Assembly: GCA_965178125.1 (NCBI GenBank)
Contig: OZ237758.1
Span: forward strand, 806,001 to 870,000
Source: Bilabrum cf. latius
Lineage: Eukaryota
DNA length: 64,000 nt
Direction of reading: 5' to 3'
Shown here: positions 49,580 through 61,500 of the stretch, in pieces
Layout: each line of letters begins with the position of its first letter
Position numbering within the stretch: position 1 is the first letter of the stretch
Translations under genes and position numbers: made by a program
The notes under the pieces: model-generated
What the model saw: only the letters and a program-made list of their open reading frames with translations
The model's database searches: none
Told to the model about the DNA's origin: nothing

Positions 49580-52500
49580 TCACACCTTCGCCACCGCTCC
49601 CCCCTCCGACACGCCCAGCTGCACCGCCCCCACACACGCTCCCACCAGCATGCGCCTCTGTGCCCGAGTCAACAGCCCTGCCCGCATACCGGCCTGCACA
49701 GCCGCAGCGTCCCCCAAAACACCACCACCCCTGCCCCCCGCCCCCGCCCCCACCGCCCGAGCCGCCCCATCCACCGCCCCGCCCTCCCGCCGCAGCAGCC
49801 GACGGTGCGCCCTCACGGCCTCCCCCGCCAGCCGCTCCAGCACGGCCAGCAGCCGCGCCACCTTGCGCACGGCCCAGTGAACCTTCCTCGGAAGTTCCCT
49901 CTCGAAGGACGGCATCTGTTCCCCGGACACGTCCTGCCCCTCCCTCTCCCTCCGGCGCATGTCCTGGATGAATGCCCGCCGCTTCTCGGATCTCTGCGTC
50001 TCGCACATCTTCACCTTCGCCAAAGCATAGTCAGCCAGCAGCTGCGCGCAGCATCGAGGACCCCCCGCCGCCCCCAGTGTGGGGGACAACCCGTCGAGGA
50101 GGCCGGCGAACAGAGCCGCGCCAGCCGCGCCCGCCCCCAAGCGCTCCAGCCCGAGCTCGTGGCTGGGAGGTTCCGCAACCCCTCGCGCGGCGCCCCTCCC
50201 CCGCGTGGCCTGTCTGGCGGCCTCGACCAGCGCGAGGGGCGGCTCGAGCGCAGGTATGCCCACCGGCTGTGCCGTCAGGTCACCTAGGTCGGCAAGGTTC
50301 TCGCCGGGCCGGGTCCACCCCTTGACACCGCGCCCCGACTCCTCTTCTTCCGCCTCTTGCTGCTGCTTCTCTTCGTACCCATGCCGGTGGCGGTACTGGT
50401 ACTGGTCTGCATCACCGTGCCTCCCCCCGTGGCCCAGCATGCCCCCATACCCCGGCAAACGACTCGCCACACCGTATGCATCACCGCCGGCTCCGTCCCC
50501 CAGATCGTGATCATGCTCGTGATCGTGGCCCACCAGACGGTGCTGGGGGATCCGACCTGACCGACTGGGCCTCAGCCGCATGCTCTGCGCCCGCATGATG
50601 GCACGGCCCGCAGGCGCCGCCATCACATGCGCCCCTGCCCGCCCATCGCCGCCCTCGCCCTCTCTTTCTCCCTCACGCATGTGCTCGGACACCGCCACCG
50701 CCACCGTCCTCTTGTCCCGGCTGCTGCTGCTGCTGCCCCACATGGCAGACCTCGCCCTCGCTATGCCGCCCTCTTGTTCCCCCGCACCGCCGCCATCCTC
50801 TCCGTCCTTCTCGCCCAGCCGGAACCGCAGCTGGGGACCCCCGCCTCCACCACCACCGAGGGCCTCCTCGAGCGCAGCGGCATCCACGGGCAGAGCATCG
50901 GACAAGAGCGTGCCGCTGGACCGCCTCGAGTGGGTCTGGCTGGGACCCCTTCCGCTACCAGGAGTAGAGGAGCGACCCAGTGCCGCCTCTTTGTGTTCCC
51001 TGGGACCCGCCGGTTCGGAATGCAGGAGGAGAGCAAGACGGTGCACGGACTTTTGCCGCTGAGGGCCCCCCCGTGGCTTGCTTCCGCCGGCGGCACGACC
51101 GTGCGATGCACCAGTCACAAGGGCACCACCGGTGGCACGCACGGCCAGCGCGCCACCAGTCACGAAAGGTGTCCCGCCCTCGGGCCCGCCCTCGTCCTCC
51201 AGCCGACCCATAGGTGAGGCCCACCCGCTGCCATCATGACCCGCCGCGCCGCCCTGGTCGTGACCCGCCGCAGCACCGTCTGTTCCCTGCCCCGAGTCGC
51301 CACCCAGGATCTCTGCCAGGGCCCCCTCTCCCTCCCCCTACGACAGCTGCTTGAAATCCCGGAGGCTCTGCTGCAGCAGCGCCTCATAGGCGCCGAGCTA
51401 CCCCTCCTGAGACAAGGCCCCCCCCTCCCGCTCCCCCTCCTCTCCAGCCGCAGCCAAGGCGCCTTGCCCCAGCTCCTGCCCCGCCCAAGTCGCAAGCCAC
51501 CCGGCCTTGAGGTACGTCCGGTCCCTGTCCACGGTTGCAACCGCATCGTCCAGCGAGGTCTCTCTCCTCACGGAGGCCCCCTCCACCGTGTCCAGCCTCG
51601 TCCTCGGCCTGCCGTCCCACCCGAGGGGCAGACGTGCCAGCATCTTCCTCCTCTTCTACTGCTCCGACAGCTGCTCCATCTCGTCCTGCGTGAGCCAGTG
51701 CCCTTGTTCCCTGAGCCTCGAGTGCTCCTCCTCCATCTCGTCGTCCCAGTCCTCCACTTCGTCCTCGCCCACGTCCTCAAGGTCGTCAGGGTCGGCGGCG
51801 AGCGGGTTACTGGCGCTGTCGCGGCTACCGGCGGCACCGGAAATGATCTCGGTGCCCGGCGCCGGCACCACGTCGCACGTGTAGAGCCACCGCAGCCGAT
51901 TCACCAGCAGCCTGCTCGCCCACAGGCACCGCTCGATGCAGGCCTGCACCAGCGGCACAGGCGCGCACCCCTGCACGCGGGCCGGGGAACAGCGGGTGAT
52001 CCAGTGGGGCACCGGCTCGGGGATCACCTGCTGCTGGCCCTAAATACCTTGTTGTTCCCCAGAGTCGCCCCCCCCGAGGAGGGTACCCAGGGGCATGGGC
52101 AGAGGCAAAGTCTCACCGCTGCCAGGTGCCGCCGCAAGCGCATCCGATCCACCGGTGGATCCCACCGCCGCCAGAGCGATCTGCTCGTCGGTCGGGGCGG
52201 GACTCGCCACGAACCCGGCTATCCCGCTCCCCCGCCATGTGTTCCCCGCAGAGGGGCCGCCATCCAGCTCGAGCTCTAGGCAAACCACGGGCGAGGAGGC
52301 AAGGTTTGCCACCAAGGCATCTGCGTCGTCCCTCTTGTGGAACTTGCGGGCGAACACGGGCACCGAACCTTCGATCGGGTGTTCCCGGATGCTCTCGGGA
52401 GCCGCTTCCTCCCCACCCCCTAGTATTTCTTGCCCGCCGCTGCCTCCCCCCGGCTGTAGCCAGGGAACAGTGGCCGTCTGCCCCCTTGGCACCATCACCC

Positions 52501-55500
52501 GGAAGCACGTGGCCGAGGCTGCAGACTGCGAGGCCCCGGTGCGGTCGACGTCGAAGGCGGGGTACACGTAGATGTGCGCGGCGCCGGTTCCGCTAGCGGA
52601 ACCGCCTCCGCGTCGCATCGGCACAGCCACCGGTCCTCCGTCCCCCGAGGTGTGACGAGCGAGCACGACCCCGTCGGAGTCGGCCAGTGCCCCCGCCCCC
52701 AGGAAGCCCACCTGGCCCGCCCAAGCGTCCTCCTGGCCCCCCGACCCGCTCCCGCCCGAGGACCCGCGCCCCTCCTGGACCCCCTTGACCACGGTCACGG
52801 CGGTGTCTGGCCCCAGCACCACCGCGCCCGGGTGTGCCTCCGCCAGCTGGGCCACTAGGTGGTGCCCGCTCTAGCCCTCTTCCAGCCGGAACACGCGCCA
52901 GGCGGGGTTCGCGCTGCTGAAGCCAGACCCCGCGCCAGACCCCGCCGGGGTGAGGCCACCCACACCCCCACCTTGATCCTGATCCTGATCCTCATCTTGA
53001 TCTCGATCTCGATCTTGATCTTGATCTTGATCTTGATCTTGATCTTGATGTTCATCGCCAAGGTCCCAAGCGGGATCGAGGCCGCCATCCCACGGGCCGC
53101 AGCCCACGAACCCCACAGCGTAGTACACGGGCATCTGCTCGAGGGTCGCGCCGAACCGCCGCCTCATGCGCAGTGCCTCCTGAAGACTGCTGGCAGGGGA
53201 GGAGGGGGCGCCGCCCCGCTTCAACCCCTGCCCCTGCCCCTCGCCGTGCGGCTGTAGCGCCAGCAGCTTCTCCGACTCCCGCAGCTTGGCTATCCTCCTC
53301 TGCAGCGATTGCACCGCATCCCACTGCACCTTGGTCAGCGACTCCGCAGCGCTGGCAGCGGCAGGACCCACCGTCTGACCCAGCTGGCCCCGCGCAAGAG
53401 CAACTCCGCGACGGGGCGCAGGGCTCGCCGCCGCACCGCCCGCCTAGATTGCGCGCTCCAGCGCCGACTCAGCCTCGGCAGTCGTCAGCAGCGCCCTGCC
53501 CTCCACCTGCAGCCGGCACCGCAATGCAGTGCACAGAGCCACGGACAGGTCACTCTCCCCCGCGGCGTCCGCGCAGGCCACCGCCTCCGTGAAGGCCGCT
53601 CCCAGCCACGCGACCGCCTTGCTCGCAGGCCCGGCGCCCGCGTGCGTCCAGAGCGCGGGGCCGGAGCCCACCGCCGTCAGCATCCCAGAGCCGGGCACCT
53701 CCTGCCCGGGCCCCAGGCTGGGGCCCTCCTCCAGCCGAACTACCACAGCCGGATCCACCGGTGGATCGGAGCCGCCACCGCCACTGCCACTGCTTGCCGC
53801 CGCCTGCAGCAGCGAAGCCACGAGTGCCGCTGTTGCAGAACTCGCAGTGGCAGGGTGAGACCACGCCAGGCGCCTCTGCAGCGAGGGGCGCGCATCCAAG
53901 GCTGCTTGGGGGTCGGTCCTCCCGAGGGTGGAGGACGTGTTCCCTGAAAACGCATCGCTGGTCCCGGGGCCCTTCCCGAGAGTGGCGGCCAGCGACGGCG
54001 GATTCTCGGCGGTGGGGTAGGAGGACCCGCTGGTGCCCGCCTGGACCCCTTGCTGTTCCCCAGTGGACCCGTGCAGCGGCGCCAGCACCCGGGCCCACTC
54101 CAGCCAGCACCGAGCCACGACCCCTCCCGTGTCGAAGCCACCGGCTGGGATACCACCGGGCCTTGCCTTGCCGGAGCTGCTCGAGGCCGGGGGCTGGGCC
54201 GACGAGGGGCCGGCAGACCCGTGGGCGGGCACCGAAGCTTCGGTCTCCCAGGGAACAAGAGCACCGGAAGAAGGCCCAACCGACCCCTGGCTACCGTCCG
54301 TCCCATCGATGTCAGAAGCAGACCCCAGCCCTGCGAACTCCCCGCCTTGGAATCCATGCCCCCCGGCAGGCACCCACCCGCCGTCTCCCTCTCCCTCTCC
54401 CCCAGCGACAGCCACGAAACCTCGCACGCCGCACGCAGACCCGCCCCAGGCCCGCGCGCTCCACAGGCGCCCGAGCACCAGCGCCCGCAGAGCCTGCGCC
54501 TGGGCCACCATGAGCCCGTCGTCCAGCCCGCCCGCACCGCCGCGCGACTCGGGCAATCCACCGGTGGAGTGGTCCTCCGGGTCGGCAGAGCCGCGGGACC
54601 CGCGCTGTACCCCGGCCTGCGACTCGCCCAGCAGACCGGCGCCGCCCGCCACCCTCGCGATCGCGTCGCACAGCACGACGCAAGCGTCGGGCGCCACACC
54701 GCTGGCCAGCACTGCCAGCTGCCTCAAGGCCTCCACGGGGCCGTGGGAGGCCGACGAGGGCTGGAGAGCGGGCGGGGGTGGCAGCCCCAGAGGCACCGCG
54801 GCCGCGTGTTGAGCGCTGCCGCCATCGACCACCCTTTTCGCTGCAGCCACCGCGGCTCTCGTGGCAGGCGGCGCTGGCACCCCGAGGCGGGCCACGGCGG
54901 CACCACCGGCGCGTCCTTCACGGCCAGAGTCCCCCGCTGCACTGGACCTGAGCACGCCCGGGCTCTGCCCCGAGACCACGTAGGGGTGCCTCCCCGCCCC
55001 CACCGCCCCGGGGGGCACGAGGGCCAGTCCCTTGCGGAGGGTACCGCACACGGAGGCAAAGGAATCCGTCCATGAAGCCACCACCGACAGGGCCTGACGG
55101 GAGGATAGAGAACGTTCCTTGGAGGCTGCTCCCTCCAGCTCGGCCCGCAGCGAGTCCGAGACGGCAGCGGCCACGAGAGCCGCGCAGTCCATGGGCCTCA
55201 CGTCGAGCAGCAGAGCGTGCGCCGGGAGAGGGATCCAGCGACCCCCCCGCGCGCCCGCCCTGAAGGTCAACCCGCTGGCCGCCCTCACCCCGAGGCTGCT
55301 GCGGGGAGGCGCCAGGGCCCCGCAGGCCCACCGCAGCAGGCAGGCGAGCAGAGCGTGCGCGGTGGCGGGGCACCCGCCCGAGCCAGAGGCAGCGGACTCC
55401 GAGACGATGCACGCGGCCACAGCCTCGGCAGCCGACTGCACCTCACTTACAGCAGCAGCGGCTGCAGGTACTGTCCCGGAGCCCTGCCCAGCCCCAGCCC

Positions 55501-58500
55501 CCGTCCCCTGCTGCGCCGCAATCTGCACAAGTGACACGAACGCCAGCCCTGCCCGTCCCCTGGACGCCTCGTCCGCGCCCTCTGCATAGACCGCCGATGC
55601 CTGCCTCAGGGCCTCCTCCAGCATCTGCACCCGGGCCCGCTGGGATGTGGTGCTGGGTGCACCGCCACTTTGGCCACCCTCCTCCACCCCTGCTATGCCT
55701 GACGCGTCTGCCCCTTTACCACGGCCCGAGACGGGCACCAGAGCCAGCCCTGCGCCCTGCTTGTTCCCCGAGGAGGCCCCCTGCAGCCGGATGGTTGACA
55801 GCATCCGGCGGACTCCCCTCCCCCACGCTGTTCCTCGGGCGACGGAGGCCCCTGCCAGAAAGGCCCAGAAGCTCGAAGCTGCCTGCAGGGGCCCGCCGGT
55901 GGCAGAATGCCGCGCGGTCCAGGCCCAGGCCAGGGCGACAGGAACCGCCATGGCGTCATCTGCAGCGTCCGATTGTTCCCTGGACCGCCCGTCGCCCCTC
56001 CCGCCGCGGCCCCGCAGCTCCACCAGCGCACCCGCCACCGGTCCCACCAGAGACCCGAGCCCTGCCTGCCCCGTGCTCGTGCTCATGCTCGTCTGCGACA
56101 GGGAAGCAGCGACCTGGGTCGATGCGCCAGCACCTGACCAGGCTGACTCCCTGCTTCCAGCCGAGCGAGCGTCCTGCGGGCGGGTGAGGTCGCACCCCGC
56201 TGCAGCTAGCAGCAGGATCGATGCCTCTCCTGCCACGCCAGTTTGACCACCCTCTTGTTCCCTGTGGTCCTACCCCTGCAGCATCGGGAGGAGCTCGTCG
56301 GCGATCGACAGCCAGTCGCCGCTGCCGCCATCACCCCCCGAATGCCCGGGCGACCCCCCGATGGTGACCCGCACCGCCGGCCGCCTCTCCCCCGCGCGGG
56401 TCCCCGCAGCGCAGAGCGCGTCCAGAAGGACCGCCCCGAGGCCGCCCACCTCGCCCTCCATCGCGTCCAGCGACGCAGCGCCGGCCACGGAAGAGCCGCC
56501 AGACTACGGATCATCGTCCTCGTCCTCGTCCTCGTCCTTGTCTCCTCGACCCACAGTGGCCCCCTCGCCCTTCCACTGCTCCCTGAAACCACCTCCCGCT
56601 TCGTCATCCAGCGAACTCTTGGACTCGAGAGCGGCCTGCGAGCCCCTCCCGAGCCGGGGTGCCGGAGCACTCGTCACACTGCCAAGGGACGCGCGCAAGG
56701 CGCTCTCAGCAGCAACCCGTGCCCCATCCAGACCGCCCGATCGGCATCCCTCGCACGCGGCACTCGTCACACTCAGGCCAGCGGCAAGCCAGCTGGGGCC
56801 CCTCGCCCCTGTCGCCGAGCCATCGAGATCTCCCGTCGGCCCACGGGCGGCGTCCGTGAGGCATTTGGCCAGCGATCGGAGCGCCCCGGGCGGGACGTCT
56901 GACCTGCCCAGGTACCGCACCAGCTGGCCCGCGGCCTATTCGGCTCCGAGTCCGGCCCCCACCACCCCTCTCCTCGGAGACACAGCGTACCCCTTTCCTG
57001 TTCCCTCTCCCGCCAGCGCCCGCGCACCACCCCCGTCTCCCCGCAGGCCACCCCCCGATTCGTCCCCTGTCACCCCCCCGGTCGCGGCCCCCAGAATCCT
57101 GCGGAAGTGCAGCGCCAGCACGGCCGCGTGTGTGGCCACAGAGGCGCGCACCGCATCGTGCCACCACACCGGGGACCCGCCTCCCGATGATCGGATCAGG
57201 GATCGGATCAAACCCCAGCAGCGCGACCCCGCCGCAAGCAGGGACGGCAGCGCCCACGCCAGCCGCAGCCCCCGCCTCTGCCTCAGCAAACAGGCCCGAC
57301 TCGCGTCACCGGGCGCAGCACCCGCACCCTCACCCCTCCCCAGCAGTGAGTGCGTCATGCCGGCAAGCAGGTCACAGCAGGGGCCCAGCAGCGACTCGGC
57401 GTTCTGCCACGCAGCGCTCCACGCCCTGGCAGTGGAGCTGTCACTGTGATCAGACCCGCTCGCACCATCCATGCCCCGGCCGACTCGGGCATCGGAGCTC
57501 ACCGGCAGCTAACCCGCCCCGAGTGCAAGCAGGACGGTCGCGGCGCGAACCGCTGCAGGCACCGCAATGCCCTGCAGGCTGGCCTGCGCGCTGGCCACTG
57601 GCAGCAACCGCCGGTGCGCGGGTCCGGCGTGCAGTGCCGAAGCAAGGCTGGCAGGGCTGGGGTCGAGGCAGAGCACCCGGGCGGTGACACCTGCGAGTGC
57701 CCCCGCGAGGGCCCGGCGCTCGGGGCACGACGCCCAGAGCCTTTGCAGATCCGCGCGGGCGTCTGCAGCAGCGGCGGCGGTAGCAGACGGGAGTGGCTGA
57801 TCGCATGCAGGGGGCACCGGCACGGCGGCAGCAGCGAGGACCGTGGAGGGCCACGGGGCCGTGAGGCGCCGCCACGAGGCGAATGCAGAGGAGGCGGCGG
57901 TGGATGGTTGCGCGCTGCCGTGCAATGCATCCGACTCTGCCCGAGCCGTGCTCTCCCACCCAAACGCACCACCGTGCGCTGCAGTTGCACCAGCCGTCCT
58001 CTTCGCCCCAGGCGCATCACCCCCACCAAGCGAGGCACCCAGCACCGTCCCTCCACCAAGCTCGCCCTCGCCCTCGCCCTCGCCCTCGCCCTCGCCCTCG
58101 CCCTCGCCCTCGGCCCCTACCATCCCATCCCCCGCCCGACCCCCGCTGGGTGCCCCGGGGACCCCCAGCGCGCCCACTCTCGAGGTCCGGTACTTGTCCA
58201 GGAAGCTGCCCCCTCGGGAGGTGCTCCCCTTCCCCTTGGATGAATTCGCGCCTTGTGTGCCGCCACTAACACTGCGGCTGAAAGAGTGAGCCAGCGACGA
58301 CCCACCTCCCGCAAGCTGACCGGCCTCTGCTTGGCTTGGTGATGGGTGCGTCGTCGCACTGCCAACAACCACAGGCAAGCGCAAGGAAACCGCCTGGCTG
58401 CACGCCAAATCGCCAGCCACCGCCCCGGCAGCCGCGAGCACCTGCTGCGCCGCCTCCACAGCCGCCTAGCCCGGGGCCAGTGCACTCGCCCAAGGCAGCA

Positions 58501-61500
58501 TGGCTCCGGTCGCGAGCACGACCCGCCGCAGGGCCGCAGCGGCCGCCTCGGCGACGGCGTGCCACTGCGCCTGCGCCCGGCCCTCCTCCTCCGCTTGTTC
58601 CCCGAGACGAACGTTCCCTCGTCCCAGCGCATCCCCCGGCGACACCCACCGGCCGCGCACCCGCATGCCCCGACGGGCCCTCATCCCGGCGGCCACGGCG
58701 GCCTCACACGACGCGTTGGCGGCAGATGACAGTCGGAGCAGCACCCAGCGCGCGAGGCCCGCGGCAGCCTCCGCTGGCCTGTCCAGGGCGGGCCCTCCAT
58801 GCATCCCTTTCCTCTCTCTGCCTGTGGACGAGAAGGCAGCCGCCGAGTCTGCGCCGGCCCACGACCCGCCGCTCCCGGAGGCAGCATCCAGGGCTGCCTC
58901 CAGCCCCTCCCCGCACACGTGGCCGTGGGAAGCTGCGTGCCTCGCCGCAGATGCAGCCAGCCGGGCGCACCGCTCCAGTGCGGCCAATCCATCGGTGGAC
59001 GGCACGCACCGCCTGACGTCATGGGCGGACATGCGCCCCTCCAGCGCGCCCCGCCGCAGCGCCTCCCGCACGCTGGGCAGATCTGCACCGCCGTGCGATG
59101 CACCCGCGAGCTCCCCCCTCATCCTCAGTCTCCTCGCACGAGCCGTCGCTGCCTCGAACCCCACCGCCGCCATGGCCGCCTCGTGCGACTCGCTGAGCGC
59201 CGCGCTCGCCCTCCCTCGAGCCGCGCGCAGCACGCCGTCCACGAGCCCCATCATCTCGGCCGTCTCCTGCCGCTGGATGCTCGCGATGCCAGTCTCCTCC
59301 CCCTCGTCGTCTGTTCCCTCTCCCTCCTCATCGCCGCCCTCGTCCACCCTGCCCCACAGCCACGCGTCCACCACCGCCGCAGACAGGCCGTGCGCCGACT
59401 CGTCCGATCCGAGCAGCACGTCGAAGAAGTGCCCCGCCTCCCGGAGAACAAGGTTCTCGTGGCCAGCCGCACCACTGGCGCCATCGCTCTCATTCGTCAC
59501 ACCCACCCCGCCGCTCAGCACCGCCCTCACGTCCCTCGCCCGGGCCCGCCGAAGCAGGCGGCCGAGGAGGGGCACCAACACGCGGCGGCGGCGCAGGGCC
59601 CATCCGGAGCCACAATCCGACAGCAGGCGCCCCCCCGCGGCGCACAGAGTTGCAAGAGCGGCCGACTCGCCTTCCTCTGCCGCCAATCGGAGCAGCAGCT
59701 CCCCGCCGGTGCAGCTGCTGGGCGCATCGAGCGCTGGCATGCGGGTCGAATTCGAAGGAGAGCCGCCCCTGCTGGCCGCAACCGAGGCGACCGTCCTAGC
59801 TGTCTCGCCCAGGGCATCGTGCTCCGCCCCGCCGTGCGATGCACCTGTTGTTCCCCCCGGCAGGGCCAGCGAGGGCCCCTCCCGAGCCGCCAGCGGCCTC
59901 AGCTAAACCACCGCGGCAGCAGGGAACAGGCCGGCACCCTGCGCCCGAGCGACGTGCCTGGACGTTGCCCGGCCCGACGCCGATGCCACGGGATCCGGGT
60001 CCTCCTCGTCCCGCGCACCACCATGCGATGCACCCATCCCCGCCGCGGCTCGGAGTGCGGCCCCCCGGCTCGCCGCCAGGCTCCGAGGGAGAGGCAGCAG
60101 CGGCGAGGGGGTGCCCCTGAACCCGCTCACTGCCGCCTCGGCCTCCCCCTCCGTGGGTGCCTGGGGCATGGCAGCCAGGTCAGAAACTGGCCATGCCCCG
60201 CCCATGCCGTCTTCCTCACCCTGTCCACCACCACCACCACCTCCCTCGCGCAGCTGCTCTCCCGAAACCGCTCCCCAGGGCTCCTCCGCATCGGCGAAGA
60301 AGAGTCCCAGGTGCTCGGGCCGGCGGGTCAGGGCCTGTTTCGACTCCGGGTCCGAGGCTGCGCGCTGTTCCGCAGCGGCAGCCGCGAGCGGGAGCAGGCT
60401 AGCGGGTGCCCCAGGGAACAAGCGGAGGGGGAACAAGCCGGCTGCCGGGGCCAGGGGAGGCCCCGCCCCTGCTTGGCTGCTCCCATCCAGAGCCAGGCAC
60501 GCGTGGGCCACCACCACCGGGAGCCTTGCCCTGCTGGCGGGATCGGATCGGCTTGGCTCGCCCAGCAACCATACCATCAGACGGGTGGCGCGGTGGCTGC
60601 TGCGGGGGTCTGCGCTCCCCCCTGTGACCCCGCCCTGGGGTCCTGCAGCCAGGGGCACAGCCACGGCGGGAATCGCGCTCGCCCTCCACCGCCCGTCCCT
60701 CCCCACCGCGGCCTACCCGCACGGGAACGGCCCCGACACCAGCCTGCCGCACTCGTCACACGTCCCCACCAGCGCGCGCACGGACCCGAGCCGCAGCGGC
60801 AGCACCCGCTCCGTGCTGGCACTGGCTTTAGCCCCGCCCCCGCCCTCCCTCGGCTCGAGGGGGGGCTGCCGCAGCGCCGACCACCCAGGCACCTGCCCCG
60901 CCTGCAGCAGCGCCCTCAGCGAAACGAGCACCTCTGTTCTGGGGGGCACGAGCAGGTGCTCGGGCCGGAGGTAGGCAGGCACCGAGGCCACGCCGGGGAG
61001 CGAGCCCCGAGTTTCGGCTCCGATTCCCCCTGTTCTCCGCAGCAGGAGGCCCACGGGAGCCCCCAGCAGCACCTCGCCGCCCCTCGCCATCCCCAGCACG
61101 TCCTCGTCAGCGGCCCCTGGCCGAAGGTTCGCTGAGGGTCCCCGCAGCGCCAAGGTCAGCCGGGCCGGGATGCCAATTCGCAGGGAGGCGGGCGACTCTG
61201 GGACGGGCATCGCAGAATTTATTCCGACTCCGAGTGACGAGAATGAGATTTCCTGCCTGGCGAATGCTACTGCTTCATGGCCCGCAGTGCCTTTGGCCTG
61301 GACTGCAAGACGGACTCGAAGCTGCGGGGTCCAGGCCCCAGCGCGAGACAGCCCAGCCACTGACGCTGCCAACAACCAATCGGGGATTTCGATTCGCACC
61401 GTGCGGCACCGTTTGCCCGGCTGGGCCTGGCTCGTGGCGGGCGCGGCGGCGTCGCACGACACCCGTCTTGCGCCGTGCGATGCGGATACCAGCCAAAGGG

